Below are positions 27,878 to 37,283 of a DNA stretch of 64,000 nt, one piece after another (positions within the stretch are counted from its first letter, which is position 1; the number at the start of each line of letters is the position of its first letter). The notes beneath the pieces are model-generated. The model was not told the DNA's origin. It saw nothing but the letters and a program-made list of their open reading frames with translations, and searched no databases. This DNA comes from Longimicrobiales bacterium (lineage in GTDB: Bacteria; Gemmatimonadota; Gemmatimonadetes; Longimicrobiales; Gaopeijiaceae): assembly GCA_965116905.1 (NCBI GenBank), contig OZ220732.1:928001-992000 (forward strand), written 5' to 3'. Position numbers and translations under genes: made by a program.

Positions 27878-29761
27878 TCATTGCGGATTGCCTTCTTCCT
27901 CCCCGCCGCGGTACCAGTCCTCCCGCAGCCAGTGCACCAGCAACCGGATCTCTTCGTCGGTGAGGATCTCCTCGGGGCCGAACGCCGGCATGCGGTCGTT
28001 GCGGTCGCCGTAGAAGTTCGGGTGCGACGCGTCACGGATGAACGCGGTCAGCCACTGCTCCGACCCGAAGCCGGTCAGCGTCGGGCCGAGCGGCTGCTCG
28101 ACCACGTCCTGGAATTCGTGACACTCGGTGCACCCCACCGACGCCGATGAGACCAGCGCCGTTCCCTCCGTGATCTCCGCCCGGTCGGCCTCGTCCGCCT
28201 CCGCCTGGTAGGGCAGCGCGGCCTGGGCCGAAACGGCCTTGATCACCTTCGCCAGGTCTTCCTGCTCTTCGTGGGTGAACCCGGCGACCCGGCTCTGCAC
28301 CATCCGGACCATGCGGCCGCGGGCGAACTCGGTGCCCCCGAAGTACTCGGGTGTGGCGATCCGCTCGGGATCCAGCAGACCTTCGAGCCACTCCCGGCTG
28401 GCGAACCGTTTCAGGTCGGCGGCGGTCGGGGGTTCGGGCAGCGGGCGTCCCATGCCGTCGTGGCCATCGTACGTGTGGCAGCTGGCGCACCGGTCGGCGA
28501 AGAGACGCGGGCCCTGCGCAAGGGGGTCGGTGCGCAGCAGCGCCAGAGCCCCGCTGGCGGGAATCCCGCCACCCGCTCCGGCAAGCTCCACGGCGCGCTC
28601 CGCCTCGGCTTCGGCATTGGTCTGGGCGAAGACGAAGTCCGGGTCGGCGCGGTCCTGCGCGTACGCCAGCCAGGTCAGGAGCGCGACGCCGGCCAGAACG
28701 CCGCCCGTGAGGCCGAGGTTGAAGCGATGGCCCAGGCGCCACCGCCCCGCGAACGGCATCAGCGCGATCAGGGTGACCACCAGCCCCGGAATGACGATCG
28801 CGCCGATGACCTCGGTGCCGGCCGGGAAGTACTTCAGCCACTGGAAGAGGAACATGAAGTACCATTCGGGGCGCGCGGCCGCGTAGGGTTCGGCGGCGTC
28901 CGCTGGCCCCCCCAGCGGCGCTCCTCCCGTGCGGATCACGAGGTAGAGCACGGCGGCCATCACCGCGAGGCAGGCGACCGCATCCCGCAGGGCCTGATCG
29001 GGCCAGAACCGGCCGGTCCGAGCGGCATCGGTGGCCGCGGCCGGATCGCCGCCCTCATCCCCCTCCGACCCTACACCGACAACCCCGGGCCCGGCACCGG
29101 ACTTCTGCGTGCGCAGCCCCCCGGTCGTCACCCCGTGTCGCCGGAACAGGTACACGTGGCCGGCGATCAGGGCGATCAGCGCGCCCGGCAGGATGCCCGC
29201 GTGGAGCGCGAAGAAGCGGGTCAGGGTGAGGTGGCCGTAGTCCGCGCCGCCGACGAGCACCTTCTGCAGGGCCGGCCCCACGACGGGCGTGATCGACGCG
29301 ATGCTCGTGGCCACCTTGGTCGCCCAGTAGCCCTTCTGGTCCCAGGGGAGCAGGTACCCGGTCAGGGACAGCCCCAGCACGATGTGCAGCAGGACGATGC
29401 CGAACCAGAAGTTGACCTCGCGGGGGGCCTTGTAGGCGCCCGCCACGACCACCTGCATGAGGTGCAGGACGAGGAGCACCATGGTTGCATGGGCCATGTA
29501 GTGGTGGATTCCGCGCAGCATCCAGCCGCCGGCCATCACGTGTTCGATGTAGTAGACGCTCTCCCAGGCGCCCTGTGCGTTGGGACTGTACGCGGCCCAC
29601 AGGATCACGCCGGTCACGAACTGCACGGCGATCGCGAAGGTCAGCGTGCTGCCCCACACGTAGCGCCACTTTGCTCCGCCCGGAATGGACTCGACGAGGG
29701 CCTTGCGGAGGATCGCCCGATACCCCGTCCGGTCGTCGAGCCAGCCGAGAAGCGACTTCAC
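27878..29761 (-). CDS. Cytochrome b fused to a C-terminal diheme c domain
   Basis: WGS, RGIHH, HLMQ, TGYLLPWDQ, RFFALH, PEWY; CASCH and CTECH; GTG start overlaps Rieske stop. Confidence 0.92.
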   Translation of the reverse strand: MKSLLGWLDDRTGYRAILRKALVESIPGGAKWRYVWGSTLTFAIAVQFVTGVILWAAYSPNAQGAWESVYYIEHVMAGGWMLRGIHHYMAHATMVLLVLHLMQVVVAGAYKAPREVNFWFGIVLLHIVLGLSLTGYLLPWDQKGYWATKVATSIASITPVVGPALQKVLVGGADYGHLTLTRFFALHAGILPGALIALIAGHVYLFRRHGVTTGGLRTQKSGAGPGVVGVGSEGDEGGDPAAATDAARTGRFWPDQALRDAVACLAVMAAVLYLVIRTGGAPLGGPADAAEPYAAARPEWYFMFLFQWLKYFPAGTEVIGAIVIPGLVVTLIALMPFAGRWRLGHRFNLGLTGGVLAGVALLTWLAYAQDRADPDFVFAQTNAEAEAERAVELAGAGGGIPASGALALLRTDPLAQGPRLFADRCASCHTYDGHDGMGRPLPEPPTAADLKRFASREWLEGLLDPERIATPEYFGGTEFARGRMVRMVQSRVAGFTHEEQEDLAKVIKAVSAQAALPYQAEADEADRAEITEGTALVSSASVGCTECHEFQDVVEQPLGPTLTGFGSEQWLTAFIRDASHPNFYGDRNDRMPAFGPEEILTDEEIRLLVHWLREDWYRGGEEEGNPQ

Positions 29762-30330
29762 GCGACCGGGGTCTTGTCGGGGCGGCCGGGAAGGAAGTTC
29801 TGGAACCGCACCCAGATCTCGTCTCCCTCGCGGACCTCCACCTCGAGCTCGTCCATGTCGCGGGGACTCGGGCTCGCCGGATCGTTGACAGCGCCCTCGA
29901 TGTCGAAGCTGCTCTTGTGGCACGGACACTCGTACCGGGAGTGGTCGGGGGCGAGGTTCACGAAGCACCCCGCGTGCGGGCAGATGACGTTCAGCGCCTG
30001 CAGCGAATCCTCCGTGCGGCGGAGGTAGACCGCGCCCACCGGCATGTTGCGCTGCGTGTTCCACGCGTCGACCCGGTCCGTCACGACGCGGAACTTTCGC
30101 GGGACACCGTCGGCGGGGACGGCCGCGAGCCGCGTGACCGGAACCAGCGCGGGGTCCCTTGCGGTGCGCCGCAGCGGGTCGAACACAACGCGCAGGCCCG
30201 ACCAGACGGGAGCGAGGAAGGCGAGTCCGGCTGCCGCGATCGCCCCGGCCCCGGCCAGAAAGCCTCGGCGGGCGTGGCCGGATGGGCCGGCGGTCTTGCC
30301 CTCGGGTGGGCGCGGCGTTGGGCTGCTCAT
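29758..30330 (-). CDS. Rieske [2Fe-2S] protein
   Basis: Tat motif RRGFL, CPHAGC and CPCH. Confidence 0.95.
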   Translation of the reverse strand: MSSPTPRPPEGKTAGPSGHARRGFLAGAGAIAAAGLAFLAPVWSGLRVVFDPLRRTARDPALVPVTRLAAVPADGVPRKFRVVTDRVDAWNTQRNMPVGAVYLRRTEDSLQALNVICPHAGCFVNLAPDHSRYECPCHKSSFDIEGAVNDPASPSPRDMDELEVEVREGDEIWVRFQNFLPGRPDKTPVA

Positions 30331-30409
30331 TGCGGTCGGGTTCCCGGCTCCTGGTGTGTTTGCCGCCGTGGCTTGGGGGACGGCGGAAGTTACGGACGAG
30401 CGCGGAACA

Positions 30410-30441
30410 CCGCAATGTAATGTATACTTTACATAATGTAA
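30410..30441. promoter_or_regulatory. Operator-like motif, copy 1 (TGTAA-N8-TTACA-N3-TGTAA)
   Basis: 27/32 identical to 50936..50967. Confidence 0.7.
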
Positions 30442-30491
30442 TCTTTGGTATACATACCTTGGTGTTGCGGGCCGGTTGCCACCGGAGCCGG

Positions 30492-33400
30492 CTATCCGTC
30501 CTGGAACGGCACGAACTCGTGCGCGAGTCCCGGCAGTTCGAGTGCCAGCGCCAGTTCGCGGGCCTGGTTGGCGAGATCCGGGAACGGCACACCACTCCTC
30601 CGCCCCAGTCGGACCTGCTCCAGCGCGATGCGCAACCAGGCCACGGGGTCGGTTTCGCGGGTGGCCGCGGCGGCGTCCTCCAACAGCAGCAGCGCGCCGT
30701 CGCCGTTGCCCGTGCGCGACCGCAGGCGTGCGTGGAACAGGGTGAGGTCCACCGGTGTGCTTCCGGGCGCCGCGTCGAGCGGGCAATGCTCGGCCACGCC
30801 CTTGGCCCGGCCGAGCATCCCCAGCTCCAGGAGACTGTTCCCCTCGATGCTCGCGTGTCGAATCCGGAGCCGTGGCAGCACCGACGGAGCGCCGATGGCC
30901 GACCTCGCGCCGTGCGCATCGCCCCGGGCGAGAGCCAGCGCCGCGTGCGTCATCCGCTCCATGCACCTCACCACCGGGCAGTCCATGGGCTCCGCGACGG
31001 AGCGCGCCTCGGCAAGCGCTTCGGCCGCCGGCTCGAGACTGCCGGTATTGGTGTGCCACTCTGCGAGGTCGAGCAGCAGCTGCACATACGAGGCGGGGTC
31101 GTCCACGGACCTGCTGGCGCCGGCCACCCTTGCCTGCAGTTCCTGGCCCTCCGCCGTCGCGAGTCGGCCCACGGCGATCAGGGCGACCGCGTGGCGGCGC
31201 AACGCGTACATCATCTCATCCCGGAGACGCTCTCGCATCGCGATCCCGACAGCCCGCCTTGCGTGTGCCAGCCCGCCCGGGCGGTCTCCGCAGACCACCT
31301 TGATGGCCAGGGAGGCCTCGGTTCGGCAGCGTGCGACATCCTCCCGATACTCGGGTCGCTTCCCGATTTCGGCCAGCAGTTCGGCCATCGCGCCATGGTT
31401 CGCCGACCTGTGCAGTACCTGCAGCATCGTGTCCCGGATCGCGGGCCCAAGCCAACCGTCGCCACGGCTCTCGGCTTCATCGAGAAGGCCGTTCAGTTCG
31501 CCGATCACGGCCTCGGTGCCCACCAGGCCGAGAAGATGGCGGGCATCGGCCACCGTCAGCCGCAGCTGGATGGCGTCTGCGGGGGACAGTTGACTACCGG
31601 AGGCATCGATGCCTTCGGCGACCCGAAGCACCCCCGCGAGCCGTCGCGATCGATGGTAGGCCCAGGCCAGGCGAACCCCGATCCGGGGCTTGCTCGGCGT
31701 ATCGCTCACCTGATATGCGGCGGCAAGTACGGGGAGGCGTGTGGCGACCCCGTTTCGTGGTGTCCTCTCGAGCGCCTGTACGGCGAACAGCTGGGCGCGA
31801 TCGCTGTCTCCCGCGCGATGGTAGTGGATCGAGGCCGCGGCCAACAGGTCGTTGTCGGAACGCCCGCCCAGCAGGCTGGCCACCGACCCGTGGAGGCTGG
31901 ACCGGCGGCCGGGACTCAGGGTCCGGTAGATCGCGTGGCGGACGAGGCCGTGGCGGACGCGGGCTCTGTTGTCGGCCCAGGAGATCAGGGCGGACGCTTC
32001 AAGTCGTTCCAGGGCGCCGATGCACTGCTCCGGCGTTGCCTCCGAGATCTGTGCCAACTCGGCCGCGCTGGCCGTGCCCCGGAGCACCGCCAGCGCGTAC
32101 AACACCTGCCTGGCGACGGCATCCAGCCCGGCCAGGTGCCGGTCGACGATGTGCTCCACCGACAATGGGACGGAGACGTCCCACTCGTCCGGTTCCGGCA
32201 GTTGCTCGGGCCGGTTGGCGAGTTCCAGGACGAAGAGCGGGTTGCCGCCGGCCAGCCTGGACATCCGGGAGAGCCAGCCGTCGCCGAGAGTGATCGGAGA
32301 TACCGACCGGGCCAGGCGGATCGCGTCGGTGGGGCTCAGCTCGCCGAGGCGGATGGACTCGGCGTCAGGGCTGCGCGCCAGTTCATCGGTGAAGCGGGAG
32401 AGACGCCTTCTCCGGGCCAACTCTTCCGGGCGGTAGGCAACGACGAGGCTGAAGTAGCCCTGTGACCAGCGCCGGTGCAGGTACTGGAGCACCATGGCCG
32501 ACTCGCTGTCGATGAAGTGGAAGTCGTCCACCACGAGCAGAATCGGCTCGGTCTTCGCCATGGTCGAAAACAGTTGGAGGAACGCATCGCCGGCGTACCG
32601 GGACGGGTGGCCATCGGGCAGGGGAACGCGCCGGGGCATGTGGGTGTCCTCGGCGAACTGGGGCAGGATCGACAGCATGATGGAACGCCAGGGATTGCGC
32701 ATTTCCCGCAGAAAGGGGAGCACCCAGGGCGCCTTCAGTCCCTGGGCGAGCGAACTGAGGGGGACGTCCGCAGCCAACTCCTCGGGCCGTATGCGGATCA
32801 CCCGGACCTGGCGAGAGGACAGACCCTCGAGCACCTCTTCCAGGAACCTGCTCTTGCCGACTCCGGCGGCCCCGCGCACGGTGATCGTGCCCCAGGGACG
32901 GACATCCGGGCTCTGCAACAGGCGCTTGGTCAGACTCGCGGTCTCGGTGTCGCGGCCAAGGAAGGGAATCTTCCTCCCACGGCTCGTGTAGGGAGCGGAG
33001 GTGAGCGGGGCGCCCTTGCCGTAGACGGCCCTGAGCGCCTTGAGGAGCGCCCTCGTCTCCGGCTGCGGCACCCAGTCGTCCTCCACAAGGGCCCGTTCGG
33101 CGAATGTCCGGTAGACGGACTCCGCCTCGCGAACCGACCCGTACTGCGCGCGGGCATGCATCGCCCTCCTGAGTGCTTCCTCCTCGTTCGGAGACAGCTT
33201 GAGGAGCGTGCCCACGGCCTCTTCGGCGACCATGCCGTCCCGGGTCAGCTCGGCGTTCTTCCAGCTCGTGTGGGCTGCGGCCTCCAGTTTGGTCTGGAGG
33301 GCGACCTGCCGGCCGCGGATCCAGTCCGAACAGGATTCGACAAACTTCTTCGGCAGCGCGGAAAGGAACCCGGATTCCAGCAATGCGGTAGCCGCCTTGA

Positions 33401-33770
33401 AGTCCTCCAGGCCAATCAACTCGTCGAATTCCTGCAGATCGGTGAGCACCTTTTCGGGGTGGGCCCGAACCAGTTCGCCATCGAGCGACACGACCGTGGC
33501 TCCGCACCGGTGGTTGGTCTGGTAGACCAGTTGGCTGAGCCGATGGCGCACCGCCTTCACGTCGGCTTCGCCCCAAAGAAGTCCCTGCACGGTGGAACGG
33601 GGCGTTTCCGCCGTCGGAAGCCCGTACGCGATAGCGACCAGTCCGCTCTGGAACGGCGAGAGCTTGATGGGGCTGCCGTCACGAATCACGACGGGTCCGC
33701 CGAAAAGGCGGATCACCAGCCTGGATTGTCCGTCAGCACCCTCGCCGTTTGCCACGGGTGTCCTTCTCAT
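30492..33770 (-). CDS. Large regulator: SARP/BTAD-like N-terminus, P-loop (STAND-like) ATPase, helical/TPR-like C-terminus
   Basis: IRLFGGP, LLWGE..RHRLSQLVY, TDLQEF, GAAGVGKS Walker A, LLVVDD Walker B, GGNPLF. Confidence 0.85.
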   Translation of the reverse strand: MRRTPVANGEGADGQSRLVIRLFGGPVVIRDGSPIKLSPFQSGLVAIAYGLPTAETPRSTVQGLLWGEADVKAVRHRLSQLVYQTNHRCGATVVSLDGELVRAHPEKVLTDLQEFDELIGLEDFKAATALLESGFLSALPKKFVESCSDWIRGRQVALQTKLEAAAHTSWKNAELTRDGMVAEEAVGTLLKLSPNEEEALRRAMHARAQYGSVREAESVYRTFAERALVEDDWVPQPETRALLKALRAVYGKGAPLTSAPYTSRGRKIPFLGRDTETASLTKRLLQSPDVRPWGTITVRGAAGVGKSRFLEEVLEGLSSRQVRVIRIRPEELAADVPLSSLAQGLKAPWVLPFLREMRNPWRSIMLSILPQFAEDTHMPRRVPLPDGHPSRYAGDAFLQLFSTMAKTEPILLVVDDFHFIDSESAMVLQYLHRRWSQGYFSLVVAYRPEELARRRRLSRFTDELARSPDAESIRLGELSPTDAIRLARSVSPITLGDGWLSRMSRLAGGNPLFVLELANRPEQLPEPDEWDVSVPLSVEHIVDRHLAGLDAVARQVLYALAVLRGTASAAELAQISEATPEQCIGALERLEASALISWADNRARVRHGLVRHAIYRTLSPGRRSSLHGSVASLLGGRSDNDLLAAASIHYHRAGDSDRAQLFAVQALERTPRNGVATRLPVLAAAYQVSDTPSKPRIGVRLAWAYHRSRRLAGVLRVAEGIDASGSQLSPADAIQLRLTVADARHLLGLVGTEAVIGELNGLLDEAESRGDGWLGPAIRDTMLQVLHRSANHGAMAELLAEIGKRPEYREDVARCRTEASLAIKVVCGDRPGGLAHARRAVGIAMRERLRDEMMYALRRHAVALIAVGRLATAEGQELQARVAGASRSVDDPASYVQLLLDLAEWHTNTGSLEPAAEALAEARSVAEPMDCPVVRCMERMTHAALALARGDAHGARSAIGAPSVLPRLRIRHASIEGNSLLELGMLGRAKGVAEHCPLDAAPGSTPVDLTLFHARLRSRTGNGDGALLLLEDAAAATRETDPVAWLRIALEQVRLGRRSGVPFPDLANQARELALALELPGLAHEFVPFQDG

Positions 33771-34630
33771 CGGGCGTTCGCAAGCGAACGCGTGGCATGC
33801 CGTCTGGCGGACGCAGGGGGTCTGGCCGCGCCTTCGGCTACGGAAGGCCGGGAACGAAGGACGTTCGACGTAACGCCGCCGCTGGCCAACTCGCGAAGCA
33901 GCCAGCACTCGAAGACCCATTCCCAGCCGTACCGCTCGCGCGCGTGCTGGGGGCGGATGCCGCAAAGGCGCTGCATCTGGTTGCTCATGGAGAAGCCGTC
34001 GGGGTAACCCAGCGAGGTGGCTACCTGGAAGAGGCTCTCGGTGGTGTTCTGCAGTCGGAGGATCACGCGCAACAGGCGCGCGATGTGAAGCCAGTGGGAC
34101 GGAACGGGAAGACCGCTGTTGAGGAGTCTGCGGCCCAGAGCCCGCCGGGACACGTAGAGGTTTCTGGCCAGTTCGGTGATGGTGCTGAGCCTGGCGCTGA
34201 GCTCGAAAATGCGTTGAATGATGTTCTTGGTGGTCGGATCCACCGAGAGACCCCGCCAGGCCATGTAGTCCGTGACACTGGACGCCAGAGAGACCGGTGG
34301 CCGGCGTATGACCTGCGCGATCTCGCGGGAACGCGGTGTCTCGTGGTAGGGCAGAACCGCCTGGGGCCTGGTCTTCTGAACGGCCCGGAGAATCGGCACC
34401 AGCGGGACGCGCTCACCGTTGTCGGGCAGAATGATCGCGAGAGCCACGCCGGCGGATCGGCTCGCGACCAACTCGGCGGCGTGGCTCCACCCGTCGGCCT
34501 CCAGGTCCCAGGCCATGATCCAGCCGCCTCCGCGCGGCCGAACCGGATCGGCGAGGTCGATTTCCTGAAGGCAGCTGTACGGTGGTCCCAACAGGGATAC
34601 CGCACTACGGCGGCTTCGGCTGTTCGGCAT
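33767..34630 (-). CDS. AraC-family transcriptional regulator
   Basis: ELARNLYVSRRALGR and VATSLGYPD..SNQMQRLCGIRP double HTH; start uncertain. Confidence 0.8.
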   Translation of the reverse strand: MPNSRSRRSAVSLLGPPYSCLQEIDLADPVRPRGGGWIMAWDLEADGWSHAAELVASRSAGVALAIILPDNGERVPLVPILRAVQKTRPQAVLPYHETPRSREIAQVIRRPPVSLASSVTDYMAWRGLSVDPTTKNIIQRIFELSARLSTITELARNLYVSRRALGRRLLNSGLPVPSHWLHIARLLRVILRLQNTTESLFQVATSLGYPDGFSMSNQMQRLCGIRPQHARERYGWEWVFECWLLRELASGGVTSNVLRSRPSVAEGAARPPASARRHATRSLANAR

Positions 34631-34936
34631 TTTCGATGGTTGCTCCTGGCATGGGCGGTTACTTTGCCCAGTCAGGCTAGTTTGCAACCATCACTGACCG
34701 ATCACCGCCACCCCACCCCTCTTCCCACTTACAGAGACACAGGGGAGCGCGGTTGCGCTGAAAACGGGCGGGTTGCGGGTTTGTTCGGACGCCCTTCGTG
34801 TCTCGCGGTCATTGATTCCCATGCCTCGGCGTGCAACTTGCGCTCGATCCGTGAACGAATGGATCTTGCTGGCTCAAGCGTACCTTTAGTTGCCCGTCAG
34901 CCCGCCCTTGATTCCAACATTGAGTGACCGCCGAAA

Positions 34937-36556
34937 TTGCCTGAGATAGCCACAGTTTCCGCCGCCGAGCCCGACACGACGCTCCTGACCGCGCTGCGCC
35001 GCCTGAGGGGCCGCGCCACCCTTGGCGACGTCGTGTCGTCCACCGGCATGCCCGAAGACGAGGCCGAGACCACGCTCAAGGGCCTGCTCGAGACCCACAG
35101 AGGCCACCTGGAGGTCTCCGATTCGGGAGACCTCCTGTACCAGTTCGACCCCAAGCTGATCGAACGGGCCCGGGATCCCTTCGGAGTGCGTTTTCGAAGG
35201 GCCGCGTGGTCCGCGTTCAAGACCGGTTTCAAGGTCTGGACGGCCGTCATGCTGGTCGTGTATTTCGTCGTCTTCGTCGCCCTGATCATCGCGGCCATGA
35301 CCGCGAACCGGGACGGGCGCGGCATCGGCCGCCGTGGCGGTTTCGGCCTCGGGGACCTCTTCATCCTCCATTGGCTCATGGGCGGCAGGGGATGGAACCG
35401 GGGAAGCCTCTACTACGGACACAGCCACGCCAGACGGCTGCCGAAGAACGCCCGGCCTCCGTTCTACAAGAAGGTCTTCGCGTTCATCTTCGGTCCCGAG
35501 GAGCCGCAGCCCACCCAGGTGCAGAAGGACAGGAGCGCGCTCCAGCTGATTCGGGCGCGCAACGGCGTGCTTACTTCGGCCGAGCTGGTTGAACACACGG
35601 GGCTGGCACTGCCCGACGCCAACGAGGAGATGGGACGCCTCACGGGCGCCTACGGGGGCGACCCCCGGGTGTCGGAGCGGGGCGAGGTGGTCTACGCCTT
35701 CCCCGGGCTGATGAAGAGCGCCCACGGGAAGGTCAGGGCGCGTGAACCCAAGCCGGCCTGGCTTCGCCTGGAATACCCGAAGAAGCTGACCGGAAACAAC
35801 GCCGGGGCGAACTGGGGGATCGGCGCGATGAACGGCTTCAACCTGGCGGCGGCCACGGTCATCGGGCTGGGTCCGGCGCTTCAGACCACGACCGCGGCGG
35901 TGGTGCCCGTCGATCCGCTGTGGTTCTGGGGGCTCGGCGTCGTGCCGCTGGCGTTCAGCAGCATGTTCTTCGGGATACCGCTGGTGCGCTCGCTGGGGCT
36001 CAGGCGCGAGAACGCCGGACGCCTGCGCCGCAACGTCCGCCGCCTGTTGATCGGCCTGGTCTACGGCCGCAGCGTCGGAGCCGTGCGCTGGGTGACCGTC
36101 GGCGATGCGATCGGGCATGTGACGCAAAGGCTGAAGGACTGGAACGTCAGCCCGCGGGTCGTGCTCAGGGAGCTGGAGACGCTCGCCGCCGAGTTCAATG
36201 CCGATGTCGAGGCGGTCGACGACGGCTTTCGGTATCGTTTCCCCGCCGTCCGCGAGACCTTTGTCGAAGCCGAACTGACGCGCCGCGCGCTGAAGCTTCG
36301 GGACCAGAAGCTCGGCCGGATCGTGTATGCGACCGCGGACACGAGTGCGGAGGCCTCGAAGCGGGACATGGAGGCGTTCGACCGCGAACTGAAGCGGGCC
36401 GAGGTGGATGTCTCGCGCTACCTGCCGTCTCCGGGCGAGGTGGGCTACGAGGAGGACTTCGAGCTGGTGATGGAGGAGAAGAAGGCCCCCGCCCGGGTCA
36501 GGTCCCGTTCCCGGGGTCGCCCGTCCCGTCCTCGTTCTCGGCCCCAATGGCGGTAA
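34937..36556 (+). CDS. Conserved membrane protein resembling the plant/cyanobacterial At5g03900-like family
   Basis: TLGDV, GHLEVSDSGDLLYQF, IRARNGVLTSAEL, duplicated GDPRVSERGEVVYAFP; family recalled from memory. Confidence 0.6.
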   Translation: MPEIATVSAAEPDTTLLTALRRLRGRATLGDVVSSTGMPEDEAETTLKGLLETHRGHLEVSDSGDLLYQFDPKLIERARDPFGVRFRRAAWSAFKTGFKVWTAVMLVVYFVVFVALIIAAMTANRDGRGIGRRGGFGLGDLFILHWLMGGRGWNRGSLYYGHSHARRLPKNARPPFYKKVFAFIFGPEEPQPTQVQKDRSALQLIRARNGVLTSAELVEHTGLALPDANEEMGRLTGAYGGDPRVSERGEVVYAFPGLMKSAHGKVRAREPKPAWLRLEYPKKLTGNNAGANWGIGAMNGFNLAAATVIGLGPALQTTTAAVVPVDPLWFWGLGVVPLAFSSMFFGIPLVRSLGLRRENAGRLRRNVRRLLIGLVYGRSVGAVRWVTVGDAIGHVTQRLKDWNVSPRVVLRELETLAAEFNADVEAVDDGFRYRFPAVRETFVEAELTRRALKLRDQKLGRIVYATADTSAEASKRDMEAFDRELKRAEVDVSRYLPSPGEVGYEEDFELVMEEKKAPARVRSRSRGRPSRPRSRPQWR

Positions 36557-37283
36557 AGGCGTCACGCCACCACGCGAGGGGCTGGGCGCCCACCAGTGGC
36601 ACCCCGTTGACCAGGAACGACGGGGTGCCCCGCACGCCGAGACGGGCTCCGGAGAGGATGCCGCTTCGGACTCTGGGCCTGGGGCGTTCCTCGGCCACGC
36701 AGGCCTGAAACTCCGCAGCGTCCACGCCGACCTCGCCAGCGAGTTGCTCGAGGGCGGCGCTCGGGTCCCCGAGGCCCTTCCAGTCCGCCTGGCGCTCGTA
36801 GAGGAGCTTGCTCATCGGCGCAAAGAGGTCCTGTTCGCCCGCGCACTCCGCCGCATAGGCCGCGGGCATGCCGTTGGCGAACATCCCGCTGACATAGGTC
36901 ACGTACTTCCAGCGAACCTGCCCGGTCTCGACGTATTCCTCCAGAAGGGTGGGGAAGGTCTCCGTGTGGAACCGGCGGCAATAGCCGCAGCCATAGTCGC
37001 TGAACTCGACCACGGCGATGGGGGCGTCCTCGGACCCGAAATCGAACCCGATCTCGCCCAGCTGGAATTCCTGGGCCGGCGGTGTGACCGTCGTGCCGCC
37101 GTCGGACAGCATCGAGGTCGGGATCGACTGGGACATGCTCCCCGATGCCGTGCCGCCGTCGCCGGCCTCCGTCCCTTCGCCTGCGTTGCCGGGAGCGCCG
37201 CCGCTGCTGCCGCCGCCCTCACACCCGAGCGTGACGAGCAGCGCAACGACGGGCGCGACCGCCTTGTTCGTTCCTGTTCTCAC
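36498..37283 (-). CDS. DsbA-family lipoprotein
   Basis: TLGC lipobox-like, EFSDYGCGYC, GVRGTPSF. Confidence 0.9.
   Translation of the reverse strand: MRTGTNKAVAPVVALLVTLGCEGGGSSGGAPGNAGEGTEAGDGGTASGSMSQSIPTSMLSDGGTTVTPPAQEFQLGEIGFDFGSEDAPIAVVEFSDYGCGYCRRFHTETFPTLLEEYVETGQVRWKYVTYVSGMFANGMPAAYAAECAGEQDLFAPMSKLLYERQADWKGLGDPSAALEQLAGEVGVDAAEFQACVAEERPRPRVRSGILSGARLGVRGTPSFLVNGVPLVGAQPLAWWRDAFTAIGAENEDGTGDPGNGT

Noticed and set aside
30447..30458. GGTATACATACC as a site for the GntR at 54521 (similar GGTATGTATCGC at about 55285)
   Set aside because: The match is short and AT-rich and could be a promoter element; the evidence is insufficient.
26486..31059. Long ORF-track calls: 455-aa S8, 1013-aa cytochrome b, 433-aa Rieske
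   Set aside because: The N-terminal extensions overlap real neighbouring genes in other frames; true starts are about 27101, 29761 and 30330.
33767..34630. Calling the AraC gene qhpR
   Set aside because: It is distant from the qhp operon, coupled to another regulator, and shows no specific similarity I can verify.
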